DNA of 64,000 nt from Octopus sinensis (GCF_006345805.1 NC_043001.1:103292001-103356000), one strand, 5' to 3'. Counted from the first letter of the stretch, positions 13,147 through 25,395 are shown. Notes: a model not told the origin generated them from the letters alone. Numbers and translations are program-made.

Positions 13147-13477
13147 TAACTGTTGGATTAACTGTTGAAGTGGACGGACGTCTATTTGTTTCTCTCCCAA
13201 GTCAGTAGCAAGCTACACAGCTTCAAAACCTAACTGACCTTAAATATATATATATTTGTAACCACGTGTTTGCCTACAAACCCGTAAATACGTTTTCATT
13301 TAACTACAAATTGTTATATACACCTGTTTTTCTTTTAATATCCTCAAACAACCAAATAATCAGAAACTCACACCCTTAAGAGAGAACATTTATATATATA
13401 TACACTTCTTTAACTCCCAAGAAAGAATATATATATTTTCAAAAATCAAAAGGAAAACAAACAAAAGAAAAACAAAC

Positions 13478-14537
13478 ATGACTAACTTGCAGGCCTGCAA
13501 CAGACGAAATTGGTCTGATAACGAAATTGATGGTTTAATAAACACATGGTTCTCTCTTTCCCAAACAGAAAATCTAAATGTTTTGTGTTTGAATGAGATT
13601 GCCGAAAAAAAAATCACAAGTGGTCAACACACGATCCGTCAAACAGATTCGTAGCAAACTGAAACATATCGAAGTATCTTTCAAACTGACAAAAGGCCAT
13701 TATGAAAAGCTTCTTCATATTTTCACAGTTCAAGAACAGCAACAGCTAGAAAATCAGCAGCCACAACAACAACAACAGAATGAGCCACTCCTGGTTCCCA
13801 GCACAATGGCTGACCCTAACATCGGTCAAGCACAACAACAACAGCCACAGCAACAAGAACAACAACAGCCACTCCTCAACTCTAGCTTACTAGATGATTC
13901 ACTAAATGCCAGTATCTTTTCACCGCTCTCACGGCAACCACCACAATTATCATCATCATCATCACCACCGCTGCCACCATCGTCTTCTATCACCAAAAAT
14001 ACCAACAGAAAACCAAATAAGAAACCACTGCCCTCTTCCCCCACATCACCACCTCAATACTACTGCAGTAACAAAAACTTAAAGAAACATAGGAAGCAGA
14101 ATGCGCCCCCCACGGCACAAACAAGAAATCCCCAAATATGCCGCTATTCACTGCGCCAGAGACTCTGCACAAATAGTGACTGCATCTTCACGCATCTACC
14201 CGGCACTAGACGCACTACCGGCCAAGGCCAAAGCACGCATCCCACAATAACATCAACACCACCAAATAGTAAATCGAAATTCAAAACACACACAACTCGG
14301 AGTCCCAAAATCTGCCGGTATTCCCAACGTGAGAGAACATGTCTGCTGAGTGACTGTCCCTTCACTCATCTTCCAGGGACCCGACGCACAAACAGAAACG
14401 GGGCTTCAAGCCAACACACAAACCTGAATAAAAATAAAAATAGAAACACACCATGCTGCAGTAATGCTGGTCCAGTCTTTTCAGGAAGACACAAAAACAA
14501 CAACAACAAAAGTGGAAACTACAACCCTATCCAATAG
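13478..14537 (+). CDS. LINE ORF1 (one frameshift in an A9 run at about 13605-13613): Myb/SANT-like N-terminus, Q/P/S/T-rich linker, two CCCH zinc-finger-like repeats
   Basis: ATG 13478 gives MTNLQACNRRNWSDNEIDGLINTW...EIAEKK; removing one A joins it to SQVVNTRSVKQIRSKLKHI of track ORF 13593-14537. C-x8-C-x4-C-x3-H at 14139-14195 and 14313-14369. Confidence 0.65.
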
Positions 14538-14668
14538 TGCAACCACACCTCCAGCCAAAAACTGCTCCCTAAGCAGGAAAATTCTTTTTTAGCCATGTTG
14601 AACATGGCAAAAGAGATACACAAAAACATTCTAGCCATCACTCAACACCATCCTATGCTATTACCCCA

Positions 14669-17600
14669 GTGCACCAATTCCCCACATTGCTGCCACTAAC
14701 ACACACAAAAAATCCAAGCCCCCTGCAACAGTCAAAACCAGCCACTACATTAACCTCCACATTCCTACTCAATGCACAAGGTGTCAGCCCTTCCATCAAT
14801 GCACAAAAATGGAAGGTCCAATTCATTGAAGACTGGGTTGGTAACCATTCACACCACATCCCTTTCTTCATTCTCACTGAGACCCACCTTGACAACTCCC
14901 ACTTGGAAGCCGAAGTGAGAGTGAAGAATTTCACAACCATCCGCACGGATCGTATCGGCAGGAGGAAGGGTGGAACTGCCATTTTCCTGCATGATTCATT
15001 TACGGCAGATGGAAATAGTATATTCTCCAACGGCTACTGTGAATCAGTCACCGTGCACAACAAAGCCAATGACCTGACAGTAATTGGGCTCTATAGGCCG
15101 CCCCAAACACCCATACTGTGCTTTAAAGAATGCCTCAACAGCATTAAGTGCTTTATTCAACAGTGCCATTCTAGCAACATACTCATGATGGGAGACTTCA
15201 ATCTACCCTGTGTTGACTGGACTACAAACTGTTTGAAACCAAGCACTCCCGCCTCAACCGCTGACAAAGAAGCAGCAGAGTCACTTTTCGACTTTACGAA
15301 TGAGTTTTTCTTGTCCCAACTTGTCCTTGCACCAACAAGACATCAGAACATTTTGGACCTAGTGTTTAGTAACCACACTAACACTATACATAACGTTACA
15401 GTGGAAAAAACCCTTCTTTCAGACCATGACATGGTTCTCTGTAACATGAAATTCCACCAGCCGAAAGCTAATCCTAGTGACCTTCCTCCAGCCCACCCAT
15501 TTGACAACATGGATCTCAATAATGCCAACTGGGATGCAATCAGGAACGAGCTATCACATGTTGACTGGTCCTTTACACATACACACATCTCCACCAACCA
15601 TAAAACATCTTGGCAGATCTTTGTAGACACCGTCACAGACATATGTGCAAAACACTCCCCACCAAGACCTGTGAACAAAAAGTGCAGAATCCCCCAAAAC
15701 AGAAAAACCATTATCAGAAAAATAAAAAGAACAAACAAAAAAATTAACAAACTAAAGTACTGCCAACAGCAACACACACATTCGACGGCTATCGCACTGC
15801 TTGAATCCAAAAAATATAACCTCCAACAATGCATGAAGACCCTCATCAATAACCAAAGATCAGCTGAGGAGAAGTGGGCCATTGAAAAAATCAAACTCAA
15901 CCCCAAAGTGTTCTTTTCATTTGCGAGGAAACGCAGGGTCACTGTCTCCACTGTAGGCCCTCTAATTGACGAAACTGGCACTCTCCAAGATAATGCCAAA
16001 TCCATGGCCGAGATACTGCAGAAACAATACTGCTCTGTTTTCAGCAATCCTGATATGGCCGATCTGGGCTGTATCAGTGATGTCAACCCCCAACACACTA
16101 TATCGGACATAACGTTTAGTGCCCCTGATGTCTTAGCGGCGATAAACGAAATAAAACACAATTCAGCAGTAGGCCCCGATAGGTTCCCTGCTTGTGTCCT
16201 GAAGGTGTGTCGACACCAACTTGCATCTCCCCTTGCTAATCTGTGGAGAAACTCACTGGATGCTGGCTATATTCCAAAAAACCTTCTGTCCCAGTCTGTT
16301 GTCCCAGTTTTCAAAAAGGGAAACAAGTCCCTTGCAGTGAATTACCGTCCGATCTCACTCACCTCTCATATCATCAAGGTATTTGAGAGGGTGGTGAGAT
16401 CTCGAATAACACAATTTCTGGAAAGCAACAGACGGCTGATCTCCAACCAACATGGGTTCCGTAATGGAAGGGACTGCCTAACGCAGCTCCTGCATCACTT
16501 TGAGGACATTTTGAGAGCTTTGGGAGAGGGCTCCAACACCGATGTCATCTACCTTGATTTCAGTAAGGCCTTCGACAGGGTCGATCACAAGATCCTATTG
16601 AAAAAACTATCCAACATTGGTGTCTCTGGAAAGTTACTGAAATGGATCAAGTGTTTCCTGACAGACAGATCTCAACATGTTGTAGTTGAAGGGGTAAAAT
16701 CAAGCCCAGCCAAAGTCAGTAGTGGCGTTCCGCAAGGCACTGTGCTGGGCCCACTTCTTTTCATCATTTACATTAATGACATTAATGACATCATCAAGCA
16801 CAGCAACATAAAAATCTTTGCAGATGACTCCAAGCTACAGAAGGTCATAAATGAGGCGAGTGGCCGGACATGCCTTCAGTCAGATCTACTGGCTGTTATC
16901 CAATGGGCAGAAAAAAACAATATGCTGCTGAACGAGGATAAATTTGAGCTAATCCACTTTGGAAAAGAGGATGCCCTGAAACTCCCATACTCCCTTCCTT
17001 CAGGTGAAACTCTCGCGGCGTCCAACAACATCAGAGACCTGGGAGTAATTGTGGACAACAACATAAGCTGGGCCACTCATATAAACACCAAAGTTGACAT
17101 GGCCCGCAGAATGTGTTCCTGGATTCTCAGAACTTTCCAGTCGAGAGATATCCACACCATTATCCTTCTCTTCTCCATTTTTGCCCGACCCCACCTTGAA
17201 TACTGTTGTCCACTGTGGTCTCCCCACACAATACAAGGTATCATAAAAGTTGAAGCACCTCAAAGGGCAATCACAAAAAAGATAGATGGCATGACAGGCC
17301 TCGACTATTGGGGTCGACTAGAAAAGCTAAAACTCTATTCTCTCCAACGTCGTCGTGAGCGCTACATCATCTGCATGATGTGGAAAATATTCCATCAGCA
17401 TTGCCCAAATGATGTTGGCATCACCTTTAAGGTACATCCAAGGCTTGGGCCCCGTGCCATCCGCCCAAAACAAAAATCGCACTCTCATCTCATAACAACA
17501 ATACGGCACAATTATTTCACCTCAATTGGCCCCGCTCTCTTTAACATTACACGAAAACACATTAAAACAGAAACTGACCCTATAGGGTTCAAGAAGTCTT

Positions 17601-17704
17601 TGGACAGATTCCTTCAAGAAATCCCGGATAAACCCCCTACACCCGGATATGTCTCTGTAAACAATAACTCTCTACTTGAGTGGGCCATAGTGCCCAAATT
17701 CTGA
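14669..17704 (+). CDS. LINE ORF2: apurinic-like endonuclease plus reverse transcriptase (CR1 group); true start uncertain
   Basis: APE motifs LTETHL, GLYRPP, MGDFNLP, LDLVF, SDHD; RT motifs NYRPISL, QHGFR, LDFSKAFD, GVPQGTVLGPLLF, FADD, DLGV; CR1-type tail LKLYSLQRRRER. Confidence 0.95.
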   Translation: MHQFPTLLPLTHTKNPSPLQQSKPATTLTSTFLLNAQGVSPSINAQKWKVQFIEDWVGNHSHHIPFFILTETHLDNSHLEAEVRVKNFTTIRTDRIGRRKGGTAIFLHDSFTADGNSIFSNGYCESVTVHNKANDLTVIGLYRPPQTPILCFKECLNSIKCFIQQCHSSNILMMGDFNLPCVDWTTNCLKPSTPASTADKEAAESLFDFTNEFFLSQLVLAPTRHQNILDLVFSNHTNTIHNVTVEKTLLSDHDMVLCNMKFHQPKANPSDLPPAHPFDNMDLNNANWDAIRNELSHVDWSFTHTHISTNHKTSWQIFVDTVTDICAKHSPPRPVNKKCRIPQNRKTIIRKIKRTNKKINKLKYCQQQHTHSTAIALLESKKYNLQQCMKTLINNQRSAEEKWAIEKIKLNPKVFFSFARKRRVTVSTVGPLIDETGTLQDNAKSMAEILQKQYCSVFSNPDMADLGCISDVNPQHTISDITFSAPDVLAAINEIKHNSAVGPDRFPACVLKVCRHQLASPLANLWRNSLDAGYIPKNLLSQSVVPVFKKGNKSLAVNYRPISLTSHIIKVFERVVRSRITQFLESNRRLISNQHGFRNGRDCLTQLLHHFEDILRALGEGSNTDVIYLDFSKAFDRVDHKILLKKLSNIGVSGKLLKWIKCFLTDRSQHVVVEGVKSSPAKVSSGVPQGTVLGPLLFIIYINDINDIIKHSNIKIFADDSKLQKVINEASGRTCLQSDLLAVIQWAEKNNMLLNEDKFELIHFGKEDALKLPYSLPSGETLAASNNIRDLGVIVDNNISWATHINTKVDMARRMCSWILRTFQSRDIHTIILLFSIFARPHLEYCCPLWSPHTIQGIIKVEAPQRAITKKIDGMTGLDYWGRLEKLKLYSLQRRRERYIICMMWKIFHQHCPNDVGITFKVHPRLGPRAIRPKQKSHSHLITTIRHNYFTSIGPALFNITRKHIKTETDPIGFKKSLDRFLQEIPDKPPTPGYVSVNNNSLLEWAIVPKF

Positions 17705-17965
17705 CTTGAAAGACTTCACCAGGTGGTGCTATTAAGTTAGACATGGCCTGGGCCAATAATGGCCGAAACCTATCAAAGTTTCAAAGTATCAAAGTACATA
17801 TATATGTATATATATATGTATATGTATATATATATATATGTGTATATATATATATATGTATATATATATGTATATTTATATATATATATATATATATTAT
17901 TATATATATATATATATATATATCTATATATATATATATAAGAAAATACTAAATCCGGAATTGCT

Positions 17966-19180
17966 ATGGGTACAAGGGCAGCACCAGTCATTGCGAACTT
18001 AACAATGGGATACATGGAAATAATCATTTACCAGGAATCTTTATCAATCTTTGGAAACCCCCTCTCTCAATACATAAAAGAGAACTGGAAACGATTCTTG
18101 GACGATTGTTTTATTCTCTGGAATGGAAACACAGATAAACTCTTAAAATTTAAAAATCTATTGAACAGCATAAACCCAAATATACAGTTCACAATGGAAT
18201 ACAACCAAAAGGATCTCCCATTCTTGGATATACTAATTAAAAAAATTAACCTTAAAATAGAAACAGACATTTTCTACAAAGCCACAGACGCCAAACAATA
18301 CCTTCTCTTTAATTCATGCCACCCAAGACACACTAAAACAAACATCCCCTTCAACCTTGCAAGAAGGATATGCACAATAGTGTCAGAACAAAATACCAGG
18401 AACTTCAGACTGCAAGAACTCAAAAACACCTTAATTGACAGACATTACCCAGCTCAACTCATAGAGGATGGGATCAGACGTGCAACAGAAATCAACATAG
18501 AAACTTTAAGAAAAGTTCAACACAACAACACACCTTCCCCGAAAATACTACCTTACATATCTACATACAACCCCAGAAACAAAGAAGCTTTCACCATCAT
18601 CACCCAGAATTTACCAATACTTCATAAAAACCCCAAATTAAAGGAAATTCTAAACATACACCAAATCATTAAAAGCTACAAACAGCCTAAATCACTTAAA
18701 AAGATTCTCACAAAGGTAAAATTATCTTCTGAAATTACGGATGCAAAAGTAAAAAAATGTGGTAGATCGAACTGTGCAACATGTCCTAACCTACTAGAAG
18801 GATCAGAATTCTTCTTTAAAGAGGGACAGAAATTCAAGATCAAATCTAACTTTACTTGTGCCTCTGAAAACATAATTTATGTCATAAAATGCTCGGGCTG
18901 CCACCAAGACTACGTGGGGTCCACGGGACTATCACTCAGACGTAGATGCACACTGCATCGACAACAGATTGCATTCCCAGAATATAGAATAATACCTTTT
19001 AGTGAGCACATTGAGAAAAGCGCAAAGCAACTACAACCACAATTTTTAATCTTTCCATTTTACCAATGTGCTTTCGGATCATCAACACAAATTAGACTAA
19101 ACAAGGAAACATTCTTCATCGAAAAGTACAAACCCAGACTCAACTATCCAAACATAATAATACAGAGAAATTCACACTAA
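17966..19180 (+). CDS. Penelope-like RT C-terminal half plus GIY-YIG endonuclease (truncated ORF)
   Basis: [39 protein letters not shown]; C-x4-C-x2-C linker; IIYVIKC..C...YVGSTG..LRRR...HRQQI. Confidence 0.9.
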   Translation: MGTRAAPVIANLTMGYMEIIIYQESLSIFGNPLSQYIKENWKRFLDDCFILWNGNTDKLLKFKNLLNSINPNIQFTMEYNQKDLPFLDILIKKINLKIETDIFYKATDAKQYLLFNSCHPRHTKTNIPFNLARRICTIVSEQNTRNFRLQELKNTLIDRHYPAQLIEDGIRRATEINIETLRKVQHNNTPSPKILPYISTYNPRNKEAFTIITQNLPILHKNPKLKEILNIHQIIKSYKQPKSLKKILTKVKLSSEITDAKVKKCGRSNCATCPNLLEGSEFFFKEGQKFKIKSNFTCASENIIYVIKCSGCHQDYVGSTGLSLRRRCTLHRQQIAFPEYRIIPFSEHIEKSAKQLQPQFLIFPFYQCAFGSSTQIRLNKETFFIEKYKPRLNYPNIIIQRNSH

Positions 19181-19315
19181 GAGAAAAAAAAAAAAAAAAA
19201 ATTTAAGCGATTATCTCCCTTACACCGGAAGAAATCACGCACTACCTCCCCTTATTTAGAACTCTCCGTAGCAAAAAAACAAGGATAACACTATTAAAGA
19301 TAAACATTACGTCGC

Positions 19316-19354
19316 AAGAAATTTGAAGAGCTAAATGCGAAACCGGTCTTTCTT
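19316..19354 (+). ncRNA. Degenerate hammerhead motif in the Penelope pLTR-like region
   Basis: AAGAAA-t-TTGAAGA-GC-taaat-GC-GAAA-CCGG-TC-TTTCTT; C3U change, one extra U, stem II only 2 bp. Confidence 0.5.
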
Positions 19355-19524
19355 TAAAAATTATAAAATTATGTCATTATAAGAAGGGAAAAAAATTCTT
19401 CCAATATTCTCCAGACATATTGACGCAAATATATATATTCTTTAACATTTAAGCCTTCTGTCGTTTTTTCACTCTTTAGTATTTTCTTATATATTCACCC
19501 ACGTGCTTTCACAAACAAACTTTC

Positions 19525-19626
<102 letters not shown>

Positions 19627-19938
19627 TATATTATGTATATATATATATATATATATATATACATACATATATATATATATTATATATATATATATATATA
19701 TAATATATATATATATATATGTATGTATAATATATATGTATATTTATATATATATATATGCATATATATATACAGTTGCGGCCAAAATGTTCAGAACGGC
19801 ATTGTTTTCGTCAGAAAAGTAGGTATAAGTTTTTATCAAAGTTGGATATATATCCTTTCAACATGTGATCTCTTGAGCACCACCAGCAAACATATTTTTT
19901 TCCTCTGTCTTCCCTTCTTGGGATCTTTCGTTCTCCTT

Positions 19939-19973
19939 GTTTCCGACGAAGAGCTCCGCTCGAAACGTTAAAC
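19939..19973 (+). ncRNA. Hammerhead-like motif, U4C variant with extra A
   Basis: GTTT-CCGACGA-A-GAGC-tcc-GCTC-GAAA-CG-TT-AAAC; related copy on the minus strand at 38164-38199. Confidence 0.55.
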
Positions 19974-20089
19974 CCTCCTTCCCTTCTTTCCTGAGCGTCA
20001 AATAATACTTTAATTGTTCCACGTCCTCGCGTTGCTGTGTTTTTTTCTGTGTTTTCTTGTTTGGATTAACTATATATATATATATATAT

Positions 20090-20438
20090 ATATTCTTTTA
20101 CTTATTTCAGGCATTTGACTGCGGTCGTGCTAGATCGCTGTCTTAAAGGGTTTTAGTCGAAGAAATCGACCCCAGGACTTATTCTTTGTAAACCTAGCGC
20201 TTATTCTATCGGTCTATTTTGCCGAACCGCTAAGTTACGAGGACATAAACTCATTAGCATCAGTTATCAAGCGATGGCGTGGTGACAAACACACACATAT
20301 ATACGTACGACAGGCTGTTTTCAGTTTCCGTCAACCAAATCCACTCATAAGGCTTGCCCAAGGTTCCACGCTGTGGGATTGAAGCCGCAACTATGTGGCT
20401 GGGAAGCAAGCTTCTTACCACACAGCCACTCTTGCGCC
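20090..20438 (-). mobile_element. tRNA-derived SINE (family B, CORE-like)
   Basis: Homologous to the well-preserved copy at 60825-61235. Confidence 0.7.
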
Positions 20439-20460
20439 TATATATATATATATATATATA

Positions 20461-22220
20461 TATAATCAAAAATAGGAGAAAACCCCAGATTAACAAACAT
20501 CGACTGGACCACAATTATAGCTTATTTTTTAATACAAAGCATGACATAATAAATAGGTGAGGTTACAAATCTTACGGCCGTTTCTGCATCCGTTGTACTC
20601 TATGTCCACCTTTCCTCGCATACATTGTATGTGTACACTTGTTTTGGGTACTATGTTAGTTGGGCTTACCAGGAGATATTTCTAAAAATATGTACTATGT
20701 AGAACTGTAAGTGTAGCCCGTTGATTGAAATTGTATGTCTGCATCTACTTAAGGTTAATATATTATTAGATTATAATTTTAAAATTAGATTTAATGATAG
20801 GAACAATCTAATTTTTGGATAGTGTAATATAGCACAGCCAGTTGATTGTAATAGTGTTTTCTGCACCTACTTTGAGTTTATATACCTTTAGTTTATAATT
20901 TTTAATTATTAGATTTAATTAATATTTCATTCTAATCTTAGGGTATTTTTATACTGTTTTTTAAATATGTTTAGTAAATTGATTGAATTAAGGAACCTTT
21001 ACTCATTGTGCTAAGGTGCCAGTAGACCCAGTATTAACTATACCCATATAGTGCCAATATAATTCTTTTTAATTGTTTATATAACGATAGGAACTATCTA
21101 GCTTTAATGTTTATGTAATGCTTATTAAGCATATTTAGTATACTTTGACAACTTGTGAGTTTTATTAATTCATAATAATTATCATGTGACTTGGTCTTAA
21201 ATATCAACCGCCTAATCGTAAGTGGCTTTTTATTGGTGCATTGTAGTGTACCTATAAGATGGATTGTTTTGGGTACCAGTATATACCTAATTATTACCAC
21301 AATTTGCTATATATGAGGTTAAGTCTAAATTCATTTCATAGTAGCCTTAATTAGTCGCTGAATTACCTGTACTAGTTGCCGCCCCTTAACTATTACCCTA
21401 GGCTACTTACTCTTTGACCGTTCCTTCGTGCATGTTATAAGCGGCCCCGCACCACTTATTTCATTATCTTCTCCCCCGGACCCTTTATTTTTTCCTATTT
21501 ATTTTTATTGACACATCCATTGTAAAGGTTTTAACTGGTGACCTCGGTTCACATTGTAACTGACCAATTGTGGAGACCGCTGGACTTAGACTTGCCCCAT
21601 TGTGGACCACAGGTGGGATTCTCGGTAATTTTTCTGTGAATACATTTTCTTAAGCACCCTATGGGAATGGTTTGGATACACTTACTTGGGTTTACTTCAT
21701 TAGCATAGGTACTGCTCTTTGAGAATCATGTTAGCAAGTTTCCTTGTATTATTATTTTTTAAAAATTTCCTTTCATAAATTTCAAAACATGTTACCACCC
21801 GCTTAAATTGAAATTACCCGTAAATAAATTTTAGTATTCCCTAGACCATGACTAGTTCACTCTTTTCCCTACGGTCCTCGTAGCCCCAGGATGGTAGATT
21901 ATATGCTTTTAATGTATTGGGTTTCTAGATTTCTTTTCTAAGCCATGTTTTTTCCCCATTCCTTCTTCCATTTGTTTATATTGGATGGTCTTATTTTATA
22001 CTCTGATGAAGCTCCGTGCCTTAATTCGAATGTCCTATGAAGATGAAGAAATTTATTTTCCTAATTATTTATAGACAGTGTTTGGCAACGGATGCGGAAA
22101 CGGCCGTAAGATTTGTTACGTCACCTATTTGTTATGTCATGATTTGTATTAAAAAATGAGCTATAAATGTGGTCCACTCGATGTGTTTGTTAATCTGTGG
22201 TTGTCTCCATTTTCTGATTA
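20461..22220 (+). mobile_element. Element bounded by about 135-bp inverted repeats containing a hammerhead; probable Penelope-type element with an inverted partial pLTR
   Basis: 20461-20595 is the reverse complement of 22086-22220 (shared caacggatgc(a/g)gaaacggccgtaagatttgt...); interior has no ORF I can assign. Confidence 0.6.
22001..22110 (+). ncRNA. Hammerhead motif with long stem II insert (weak stem I)
   Basis: CT-CTGATGA-a-GCTCCGTGCC...GGCAACGGATGC-g-GAAA-CGGCCG-TA-AG. Confidence 0.55.
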
Positions 22221-22654
22221 TTTGTATTTGCTTCCGGATAAACTCTTCTTTATCCTGTTGTTACCTGCACTCGACGTGCATAGTGTGCCTGCACACCAAT
22301 GCCCGGGGATAGCACGGGTAACATATACCGATAGTAATACGAATATTTTATCTCTTAGTCGGTTATTGTAACCGCTAACTCTGTTTTCACTATATATGTT
22401 GTTACGCCGCACGCGGGCCTCCAGTGCCACCACGGGTCCCCACACAAACAGCCCGCAGATTGCTGGCCCAAAGAAGCTCGCGTGTGACAACGCTCAGCAA
22501 ACCAGACGGTGAAGCAGCGAAACGTAGCCAGTAGAGCCAACAGCAACAAAAATAACACACATAAAACGTTGCGTAGTCAAAGTAAATTTCTTTTAACAAA
22601 ACATTCAGCAACAATAGTCCTTCGGAAAGTTCTTTTTTTCTTTCCTTCGTTCCT

Positions 22655-22885
22655 TTAAAAACACATTTAACAACACAAAGTTCTTTTTCTTTTTTTTTAA
22701 ACATTTAACATCACAAAGTTTTTTTCTCAAAAAAAAAAACACATTTAACAACAGGGTTCTTTTTCTTTTTCTTCTTATCTTTTCAAACATTTAACATCAC
22801 AAAGTTTTCTTTTTTTAAAAAAAAAAACATTTAACATCACAAAGTTCGTTTTCCTTCAAAACATAAAAAAAACATTTACCGGCAA
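22655..22885. repeat. Minisatellite with core AAACATTTAACATCACAAAGTT (about 5-6 degenerate copies)
   Basis: Core recurs near 22660, 22698, 22741, 22786 and 22826. Confidence 0.75.
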
Positions 22886-24053
22886 CAATACTTTCCTTTT
22901 ACGTCTGCAACTTCTGCAAAAGCTGGCTAGGCGCACAATCCCACTACATCACTTGCCAGTCGTTCAGTTGTCCGTCTCTCGCTCCATGTATCTCTCTCAT
23001 CCCCTGTTTGTCTCTGTCAGACCGCGTCTGTCCCTGTCCGTCTCTCTCTCTCTGATTGCCCTCCTTGCAACTCAGCGCTACCCGTATATATGATCCTACT
23101 TCTCTTCACCCCTACTCTTCTTCTCTCTTTCCTTCACTCCTACCCACCTTCTCCCTTCCCCTCTTCCTTCATCGTCACCCGCCCTCGTAACCCCACTCAT
23201 ACACAATCCAACCCCATCTTCCCTATCCATCCCATCCCATTCCCACCCCATCCCTTACACCCACTCCCGCATACCCCACCTCAGCCTAACCCACATACCC
23301 TAGCTCTACCCCCCTCCATACTTTCCCACTCTCGCCTTTCCCACATTCCAACACCATCACGCCACACACCATACACCACCATACCACACAACACCACATC
23401 ACACACCACCACGCACACACTAGCACTCACCACTTCCCAGCCCCACACCATCATCCACACACCTACACATAGACACACGCACACGACAAGGCTACCAGCC
23501 CTCTTCCACACGCACATACATGCTCTATTGTGCACACGCACGTGAACCTTCGTTTTCGGATCACCACTACTTTATCATCTCCCCTTCTTCCTGGCACTCC
23601 TGTATGACCCCTCTGTCCGGCATTCGCCATGATAGATCGCTAGCCACTACACATTCAGTAGTTTCTCTTCTTGTTTCTTTGTGTATTCCTTTCTCTGGAA
23701 GAGCGTGGGCTCGAAACTTTTTTACTTCCCGAGCGTTAAACTAATATATCTGTTGTCTACATCTCTTGTCTTCGTCTTTTGTTTTTTTGTGAATTCTCCC
23801 TATATATATATGTATACATATGTGTGTATATATATATGTATATATATATATGTGTCTGTATATATATGTATGTATGTATATGTATGTATATATATATGTA
23901 TACATGTAATTATGTATATATATATGTGTATATATATATGTATATATATGCGTATATATGTATATATATATATATGTATATATGTGTACATATATGTATT
24001 TATTTGTATATATATGTATGCGTGTAATATATGTATATATATGTATATATATA

Positions 24054-24149
<96 letters not shown>

Positions 24150-24203
24150 CTATATATATATATATACGTATATATATATATATTATATATATATATATAT
24201 ATA

Positions 24204-24259
<56 letters not shown>

Positions 24260-24517
24260 AAAGAAAATAGAGAATTAAATTAATAAATATTTATTAATTA
24301 TAAAATATGGCATCATCTCTAATTATTAATTTAATTATCTCTCTATTTTCTTATTTTCTTAAAAATATATATAAACCCTTGTTTATCCAATTAGCTTACA
24401 GTTGAATATTATTGTAATATTCAATACCTCTCGTAATAGGTGATAAACCTGTATATTCATTGGATTTTATTATCCCTTAGTGGGGGTTGTAACTTTTATT
24501 TGAACTTTTATATAAAT

Positions 24518-24613
<96 letters not shown>

Positions 24614-24775
24614 CGCGGTTTCAGTTCTAAGTTTTTCCCCTCAGAGCATATAGAGATAAGGAGCAAATTTCAAATTTCAGGAACAATGTATAAATAAATG
24701 TGGGCGATAAAGAAACTACATTTGTCTTCTGTACAAGGTACATTAACACTTTCAGATCAACCCCGACACTGCATG

Positions 24776-24830
<55 letters not shown>

Positions 24831-24834
<4 letters not shown>

Positions 24835-25252
24835 GTAGAAGTAAATATATGGCACAACGATATTTACTAATTTATTGAAACTTCTTCACCGTTCTCGTTC
24901 TGTTAGCGTTTCGGCGTTTCAGTCGAGTGTATTGGCATTAATGTGGTAACATCTGAAATGTTGTCGTGGTATATGTTTGGCTGATGAAGATATGTTTGGC
25001 TGATCAAGTATATGTGTGCAGGCATATCTTGAAAAATCTGAAACCGGCTCCGGTCCCACATTATCCCTTTCTAGGTATTTCATCTTTCAAATGTTCTCCC
25101 TGGAGGTAAGACAATTTTTTTCAAGTTTGTTGCACTCACGCATTTTTGCTAGTACATACGCGGTGAAGCTATACATTAGCGTCGTACTATTACGTTCGCT
25201 ATTTCCAGTAAATATCGGTACTTCGTTGTGCCATATATTTACTTCTACGTAT
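24831..25252. mobile_element. MITE-like element with 29-bp perfect terminal inverted repeats
   Basis: atacgtagaagtaaatatatggcacaacg (24831-24859) versus cgttgtgccatatatttacttctacgtat (25224-25252). Confidence 0.6.
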
Positions 25253-25310
25253 ATTTTTCCCTCACGGGCTATTCTTTACTGGAAAGCAATACTCTAGTAT
25301 TGCATTACTA

Positions 25311-25366
<56 letters not shown>

Positions 25367-25395
25367 TCAAAATAAGCAACAAGAATATCTTCGGT

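Larger units (their letters stand above)
13150..17795 (+). mobile_element. Near full-length CR1-group non-LTR retrotransposon (LINE)
   Basis: 5' UTR, ORF1, APE-RT ORF2, short 3' UTR with a hairpin and a (w)TCAAAGT x3 tandem tail; flanked by (TA)n. The 5' boundary is approximate. Confidence 0.88.
17942..19500 (+). mobile_element. 5'-truncated Penelope-like element (RT + GIY-YIG) with downstream pLTR-like region
   Basis: The reading frame opens at about 17942 ([11 protein letters not shown]) directly after (TA)n; a hammerhead-like motif lies in the 3' region. Confidence 0.85.

Noticed and set aside
15343-16161. 272-aa minus-strand ORF and other antisense ORFs over the LINE
   Set aside because: Shadow frames of ORF2 with no independent motifs.
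17740-17772. GGCCA-ataa-TGGCC-GAAAC in the LINE 3' UTR resembling the 3' half of a hammerhead
   Set aside because: No CTGANGA core, helix III or stem I; better explained as the usual CR1 3' hairpin.
23050-23545. C/A-rich 151-aa ORF
   Set aside because: Low-complexity pyrimidine/CA tract without coding signal.
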